Below are positions 26,182 to 30,985 of a stretch of DNA of 30,985 nucleotides, piece by piece. The DNA lies in the NCBI GenBank assembly GCA_023392395.1, contig JAEVZE010000118.1, forward strand, positions 1-30,985, written 5' to 3'. The stretch comes from Bacillota bacterium. GTDB lineage: Bacteria > Bacillota > Clostridia > Christensenellales > Aristaeellaceae. The translations under genes were made by a program, and so were the position numbers. The notes beneath the pieces are model-generated. The model did not search any database, was not told the DNA's origin, and worked only from the letters and a program-made list of their open reading frames with translations. Within the stretch, counting starts at the first letter, position 1, and every line of letters starts with the position of its first letter.

Positions 26182-26237
26182 GTCCCCGGAGGCCGAGAAA
26201 ATTGGTCGGCAATTCTCACGCAGTGAGTGGATGGGAT

Positions 26238-26416
26238 GGGTAACATAGAGTCGCAAAGCTGTCATGACGCAAACCGTAGGGTTACGCCGAAGGGTTCCAC
26301 CCTCCGGGCCTCCCGCCTGGAGAGGATCCCTCGAGGCCCCTCGCAAGGCTTTGGGAATGTCCGCCAGCGCGTCCATCCACGGGTCAAAGTGCGACGCGAA
26401 ACAAGTTTCATTACCC
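26238..26416 (-). ncRNA. Candidate ~180-nt structured RNA (unidentified)
   Basis: Nested long-range pairings GGGUAAU/GUUACCC, GUCGCA/UGCGAC, GACGCG/UGCGUC, GGGCCUC/GAGGCCC; G-U pairs favour the minus strand. Confidence 0.35.
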
Positions 26417-28791
26417 TACGGGATCTGCTTCGTATCACCTAGGCCGCGCCGGAGTCTCCGGAACAGGAACCTGGCCTTCTCCAGCGGCTTCAATTGCCCA
26501 GTCAACTGAGCGTAGGCTTCCCTGGCCTGCTTGAGCACCGCGGCGTCCGGCTTCTTCTTGGCGTAGCGAGCCAGTGACAATTGTTCCGATACATACCGAA
26601 ACGCATCCTGTGCGATGCCCGCTTCCTTGAGCCGATCCGCGTACATCAGCGGCGTCTCGCCCGGCGCGGGCGCCTGGCCCTGCTCCTCCAGCGCCGTCAG
26701 CATCGCGCGGTACCAGAGCGCCAGCTTCTCCTGCGCGCCCTCGACTTTCTTCTCGGCGCGCTCCGGATCGGACATCTGCAAGCGCCGGACGATCCACCAT
26801 GCCGTGAGCGCCGCGAGCGCCAGGATCAAGAACAGCCAGATCAGCCACAGGGGCTTGGGCGATTCGGGCGTCTGAGCGGTCTCGTCCTCCGGCTGGTTCT
26901 CCGGCTCGGGCGTGACCTCCGGCTGATCCGACTGGTCGCTGCCATCGGTGGGCTGGGGCGCGTCTTCGCCGGGGTCGGGCGTGGCGGTGGGCGACTGGGT
27001 GGGCTGTTCGGTTGGTTCCTCGGTGGGCTGTTCACTGGGCGATTCGGTGGGCGACTGGGTGGGCTCGGCGGTAGGCTCGGCGGTAGGCTCGGGCGTATTG
27101 CCCGCGTCCGGCTTCTGCTGGCCGTTCTGACCGGCCTCCCCATCAGGGTCGGGCGATGTATCGCCGCCGCCGGGGGTGGGGTTGAAGGGAACCCAGCCGA
27201 CGCCCTGGAAGTAGAGCTCCACCCAGGCGTGAGCGTTTTCACCGGTGACGATGGTGCCCTCTTCGCCGCCCGCGGGCACGAGATATCCCTCGACGTACCG
27301 GGACGGCAGATCCACGATGCGGGCCATCACCGCCATCGCGGAAGCGAAGTAACTGCAAAAGCCCTCTTTTGAATCCAGAAGGAAGTAGGACACGAAGTCG
27401 CGGTTGGAGGGCGGATACTCCACATCGACGGTATAGGCATACGTCTTCAGCAGGTAGTTTTCCAGCGCCCGCGCCTTTTCATAAGGCGTCGTGGCATCCT
27501 TTGTGATGTCCCGCGCCAGGTCGTATACGCCCTGATCAATGCCGCGGGGCAACTCCAGGTAATCGCGGCGCGCCGCGTCCATCTGGTCGTCCTGGGACAT
27601 GGACGCGGCGTTCACGATGCGCTCCACCGCCTGATCGTCCCCAGTGGGGACCAGCGCGGTGAAGTCATAGGTGTCGCCGGTCTTGACGCGGCGGGTGATG
27701 AACACCTCTCCTGAATTGTTGTAATAGACCGCCATGTCCAGCCCCGTGTTCAGATCCTGCAGCCGGTGGGGCAGAAAGAGCGTGGAAATGCCATCGCTCA
27801 GCATGGTGACGGTTGCGTGCACTTGTTCGAAGGCGTCCGGCGCCGAGAAACCGTCCAGGCGCCTCGATTCAAAGATGCGGTCGCGCACCCCCTGCTTGGT
27901 GGGGTCGATGAACAGATATCGGTTGTTGACGGCGCTGTTGGTCCAGGAATAGGTGGTGTAGGTGCGCCGGACAGAACCACGCAAAAGCAACATGCGGTCA
28001 GACTGCACCAGCATGACGTTTTCCTTGGAGGGCTCCGCCGGGCCGCCCAGCGAATCGCCCAGCGGCTGATAGCCGTCCGAGTACAGCGAATAGGAGGCGC
28101 GAGCGTCGGTGAACATGAAGTAGTCAAAGAACATCTGCCGCACCCGGTCCGCGGCGTCGGCCAGTGGCTGCCAGGTGGGATTGCCCGCGGGTAGCGCCGC
28201 AAAAGCCAGCGCCGCGATGAGCAGCGCCGCCGGCAGCGCCTTCAGATATCCGGTTTTTTCGCTTCCCGCCCGAGCAAACATCGCGCCCAGCGCCGCCAGC
28301 GCGGGCAGCGCGCTGAGCGGGTTCAGGCGCTTTTCCAAAAACCAACCGTACAGGAGGATGATCAGCGTGAGCGTCAGCGCCGGGTACACGCCGCCAGGCA
28401 TGCGGCAGATCCAGAATAGAGAGAGGGTCAACAGGATCGCGATCGACCAGTAGATGGTGTCGGCGTGCTCGGTCAGCATCGCGGCTTCGCCGGAATTCAT
28501 CGCGGTCAGCGCGCCAATGAGCGCGCCAATCTTCGACAGCGGCCGAAAGCCGCCCAGCAGCGCCATCACGGTGACGAGCGCCACCATTCCCCCGGCCGCG
28601 ACCAGCGCGCCGGTGCGGGACCAGGCGGTGAATGACAGCATGAGCGCGATCGCGCCGCACAGCGCGTACACCTGAAGCGCCGGAACCGAAAGGCCCAACG
28701 CCCCTGAGAGTACCAGCGTCAGCGCGCCGGACAGCATCGCAGCTACCAGCGCTCCGCCCGCAAGGTCCAGAATTTTCCTGCCTTTTGACAT
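26416..28791 (-). CDS. Membrane transglutaminase-like domain protein (TM region, TGase core, PT linker, DUF4129-like tail)
   Basis: GFCSYFASAM, SRYVEGY, HAWVELY, GWVPFNPTP. Confidence 0.9.
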   Translation of the reverse strand: MSKGRKILDLAGGALVAAMLSGALTLVLSGALGLSVPALQVYALCGAIALMLSFTAWSRTGALVAAGGMVALVTVMALLGGFRPLSKIGALIGALTAMNSGEAAMLTEHADTIYWSIAILLTLSLFWICRMPGGVYPALTLTLIILLYGWFLEKRLNPLSALPALAALGAMFARAGSEKTGYLKALPAALLIAALAFAALPAGNPTWQPLADAADRVRQMFFDYFMFTDARASYSLYSDGYQPLGDSLGGPAEPSKENVMLVQSDRMLLLRGSVRRTYTTYSWTNSAVNNRYLFIDPTKQGVRDRIFESRRLDGFSAPDAFEQVHATVTMLSDGISTLFLPHRLQDLNTGLDMAVYYNNSGEVFITRRVKTGDTYDFTALVPTGDDQAVERIVNAASMSQDDQMDAARRDYLELPRGIDQGVYDLARDITKDATTPYEKARALENYLLKTYAYTVDVEYPPSNRDFVSYFLLDSKEGFCSYFASAMAVMARIVDLPSRYVEGYLVPAGGEEGTIVTGENAHAWVELYFQGVGWVPFNPTPGGGDTSPDPDGEAGQNGQQKPDAGNTPEPTAEPTAEPTQSPTESPSEQPTEEPTEQPTQSPTATPDPGEDAPQPTDGSDQSDQPEVTPEPENQPEDETAQTPESPKPLWLIWLFLILALAALTAWWIVRRLQMSDPERAEKKVEGAQEKLALWYRAMLTALEEQGQAPAPGETPLMYADRLKEAGIAQDAFRYVSEQLSLARYAKKKPDAAVLKQAREAYAQLTGQLKPLEKARFLFRRLRRGLGDTKQIP
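26980..27094 (-). repeat. Coding 12-bp tandem repeats (PTxE/PTQS linker)
   Basis: PTAE PTAE PTQS PTES PSEQ PTEE PTEQ PTQS PTAT. Confidence 0.8.
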
Positions 28792-28800
28792 CGTTACGTC

Positions 28801-29967
28801 CTATATCGCGAGATTTTCCGCCCAGGGGTCGATCTGTCGGGCGCGGATGCCCGAAAGCTTCAGCCTGGTCAACATTTCCAGCGCCTCGGTGCGCTGCGTA
28901 TCGGTCACCCAAAACACCTTGACCTGCATGCCGGACCGACGCAGCTGCGTGGCGATGTCGGCAATGCGCGCCGACAACACCGAAGTGACCAGCACCGCGC
29001 CGCCCGTGCGGGACATGCGACGCATTTCGATGGAGAGCACCTGTTCATACGAATACGGGCTGTCGAACTGGACGCGCATCAACGCGTCCACAAAGCGGGC
29101 GGATTCCACCGCCGACTGGCCGCTGATCTCCTGAGGCTCCTTCGCGCTGAGCGGCATGCGCACCGGGTACCCGGCCTTGAGCTGCGCCGTCGCCACCGAA
29201 GCCGCTGCCTCGCAAATGGCGTCCTCGGTGGACATGGTGTGGCTTTTGAGCGCTCCCAGCGGCGTCAAGTCCACCAGAATCAGCGTGTCGGGCCGGGCGG
29301 ATTCCTCATAGGTGCGCACCATCAGCTCGCGCTTTCGCATCGTCAGCTTCCAATGCACTTTTTTCAGCGCGTCGCCCGGGATCCAGTCCCTGACGCCCGA
29401 GGGCGACGCGGCGTCCTCGGTCATGCGGCTGATGTGCTCCGCGCCTGTTTCCACCGACTGCAGCGCCATCGGCTCCTCATTGGACACGCGGGGCCGGACC
29501 TCCACCCGCGCCATCTGGCCGCCCGCCTTGCGGGACAGAGTCACCAGGCCGAACAGATCCGTTACCGTCAAGCGCATGACGCCCACCTGGTACGAACCCC
29601 GGTGCGGGCAGCGAAACGCCGCTTCATACTGGACAAGGGCGAAGGGGCGCGGCGCAATCTCCACCGAGCCGGAGGCATCCTGATCGCCCGGGACGGCAAG
29701 CTGCAGTTCCAAAGACCGGACGGGCAGCGGGCACAGGTGTTTGACCAGCACGGTCAATTGAATCTCCTGCCCGCGCATCACCACCCTGCGCGGGCACTCG
29801 GCCTTGGCGCGGGCGGTATACAGCGTCCAGATGGCGGATATGCAGGCGTAGAGCAGCATCAGCCCCATCATCAGCGCGATGAGATAATACAGTGGCGATC
29901 CCGTGGACAGCGCGGCGGCCAGCGCCGTCAGCCCTGCCAGGAAAAACGCCGCGGCGCGTCCGTTCAC
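28801..29967 (-). CDS. DUF58 domain protein
   Basis: RGSY, DLFGL, VRDWIPGDALKKVHWK, MVRTYE; GTGA overlap with moxR. Confidence 0.9.
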   Translation of the reverse strand: MNGRAAAFFLAGLTALAAALSTGSPLYYLIALMMGLMLLYACISAIWTLYTARAKAECPRRVVMRGQEIQLTVLVKHLCPLPVRSLELQLAVPGDQDASGSVEIAPRPFALVQYEAAFRCPHRGSYQVGVMRLTVTDLFGLVTLSRKAGGQMARVEVRPRVSNEEPMALQSVETGAEHISRMTEDAASPSGVRDWIPGDALKKVHWKLTMRKRELMVRTYEESARPDTLILVDLTPLGALKSHTMSTEDAICEAAASVATAQLKAGYPVRMPLSAKEPQEISGQSAVESARFVDALMRVQFDSPYSYEQVLSIEMRRMSRTGGAVLVTSVLSARIADIATQLRRSGMQVKVFWVTDTQRTEALEMLTRLKLSGIRARQIDPWAENLAI

Positions 29968-30911
29968 TTGATCTTCACCGGCACCTGCACGGAGCCAATC
30001 ACCGCGTTCAGCGCGCGCTCAGGCGTGATGGAGCGCATGCGCGCCTCGGGGCTGAGCACGATGCGGTGCGCCAGCACCGGCTGCGCCATGGTCTGAATGT
30101 CTTCGGGGATCACGTAGTCGCGCCCGGCCAGCATCGCGCGGGCCTGCGCCGCCCGGATGAGCGAGATGGCTGCGCGGGTAGAAACGCCCAATTGCATGCC
30201 GCTGTACTTGCGGGAGGCCGCCGCGATCATCGCGACGTAGGCGCGCACCTCGCGGGAGGCGTACACCGTGCCCACCGCCCGCTGCAGCGAAAGAATGTCC
30301 GCGGCGGTGCAGATCGAACGCAACTCCTCCATGGGCCGGGCGTTGGTGGAAAAGCGGTCGAGGATGTCGATCTCCTCTTCCTGGGTCGGGTAGCCGATGG
30401 CGACCCGCATAAAAAAGCGGTCCAGCTGCGCTTCCGGCAGCGGATAGGTGCCGACGAAGTCCACTGGGTTCTGCGTTGCCAGAACGATGAAGGGCTTGGG
30501 CATCTTGTAGGTGGTGCCGTCCACCGTCACCTGGCCCTCTTCCATGACCTCGAGCAGCGACGACTGTGTCTTGGGCGAAGTGCGGTTGATCTCGTCCGCC
30601 AGCACGATCTGGCTCATGACCAGGCCGGGGCGGAACTCCATTTCCCCCGTTTTGAAGTTGACCAGCGAAAAGCCGGTGATGTCCGAGGGCGTGATGTCAG
30701 GCGTAAACTGGATGCGCTTGAAGCTCAGGTCCAGGGACCTGGCCAGCGCCGACGCCAGCGTGGTCTTGCCGACGCCCGGCACGTCCTCGATCAGTACGTG
30801 CCCCTGGCAGATCATGGAGATCAAAAGCAGATCCACCACGTCGCGCTTGCCCACGATGACCTTCCCGACATTGTCCCCCAGCAGTTTCGCCATGCTTTGA
30901 GCTGCCTGCAT
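29964..30911 (-). CDS. moxR: MoxR family AAA+ ATPase
   Basis: EDVPGVGKT, RIQFTPD, LADEINR, ATQNP, PLPEAQLDRF. Confidence 0.95.
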   Translation of the reverse strand: MQAAQSMAKLLGDNVGKVIVGKRDVVDLLLISMICQGHVLIEDVPGVGKTTLASALARSLDLSFKRIQFTPDITPSDITGFSLVNFKTGEMEFRPGLVMSQIVLADEINRTSPKTQSSLLEVMEEGQVTVDGTTYKMPKPFIVLATQNPVDFVGTYPLPEAQLDRFFMRVAIGYPTQEEEIDILDRFSTNARPMEELRSICTAADILSLQRAVGTVYASREVRAYVAMIAAASRKYSGMQLGVSTRAAISLIRAAQARAMLAGRDYVIPEDIQTMAQPVLAHRIVLSPEARMRSITPERALNAVIGSVQVPVKIK

Positions 30912-30985
30912 ACCGCGCGTATCTCCTGTGATATAAATTTGATTCCACTTTTTAGACGCAAGTAGGTTCCCGAACAGTATACTCC

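Noticed and set aside
26288..26306. T-box-like GGGTGGAACC on the minus strand
   Set aside because: Lacks the following (G/A)CG, has no recognisable Stem I or terminator, and the downstream gene is not amino-acid related
26270..26350. Glycine or lysine riboswitch-like words (GCCGAAGG, CTGGAGAG, ATAGAG) on the plus strand
   Set aside because: Motifs are incomplete or wrongly spaced, and the plus strand leads into a convergent gene end, not a start codon
161..30965. Many long antisense or alternate-frame ORFs (e.g. 23192-24472, 29892-30965, 17142-18260, 5556-5741, 26158-26376)
   Set aside because: Shadow ORFs expected in high-GC DNA; they overlap well-supported genes or structured elements and lack an RBS or recognisable domains

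Overview
High-GC chromosomal window from a bacterium that looks like an anaerobic Clostridia member (sigma-A promoters, GGAGG RBSs, DUF3842, TfoX, MoxR cluster; lineage is inferred). It carries about 28 CDSs: a BMP/CUT2 nucleoside-type ABC transporter operon ending in a MerR regulator; a TetR with a divergent membrane protein and flavodoxin; VanZ; a membrane GGDEF-EAL protein; a cluster of small modifying enzymes (His-phosphatase, TfoX, SAM methyltransferase, three GNATs, amidohydrolase); DUF3842-flippase-like-TrmH; an Ig-repeat surface protein-DUF2461-phosphohexomutase homolog-transketolase operon; and MoxR-DUF58-transglutaminase. No rRNA, tRNA, CRISPR array, integrase or transposase was seen. 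The most interesting signals are: (i) two diverged copies (14377-14542, 19022-19186) of a ~165-nt four-hairpin element with compensatory base changes, a conserved loop and a conserved alternative pairing; (ii) an intact phosphohexomutase homolog lacking its catalytic Ser and one metal ligand (pseudoenzyme); (iii) a ~160-bp MITE-like element; (iv) a ~180-nt structured minus-strand RNA candidate at 26238-26416; (v) face-to-face promoters sharing one palindromic operator. All calls come from reading the sequence; no database searches were run.
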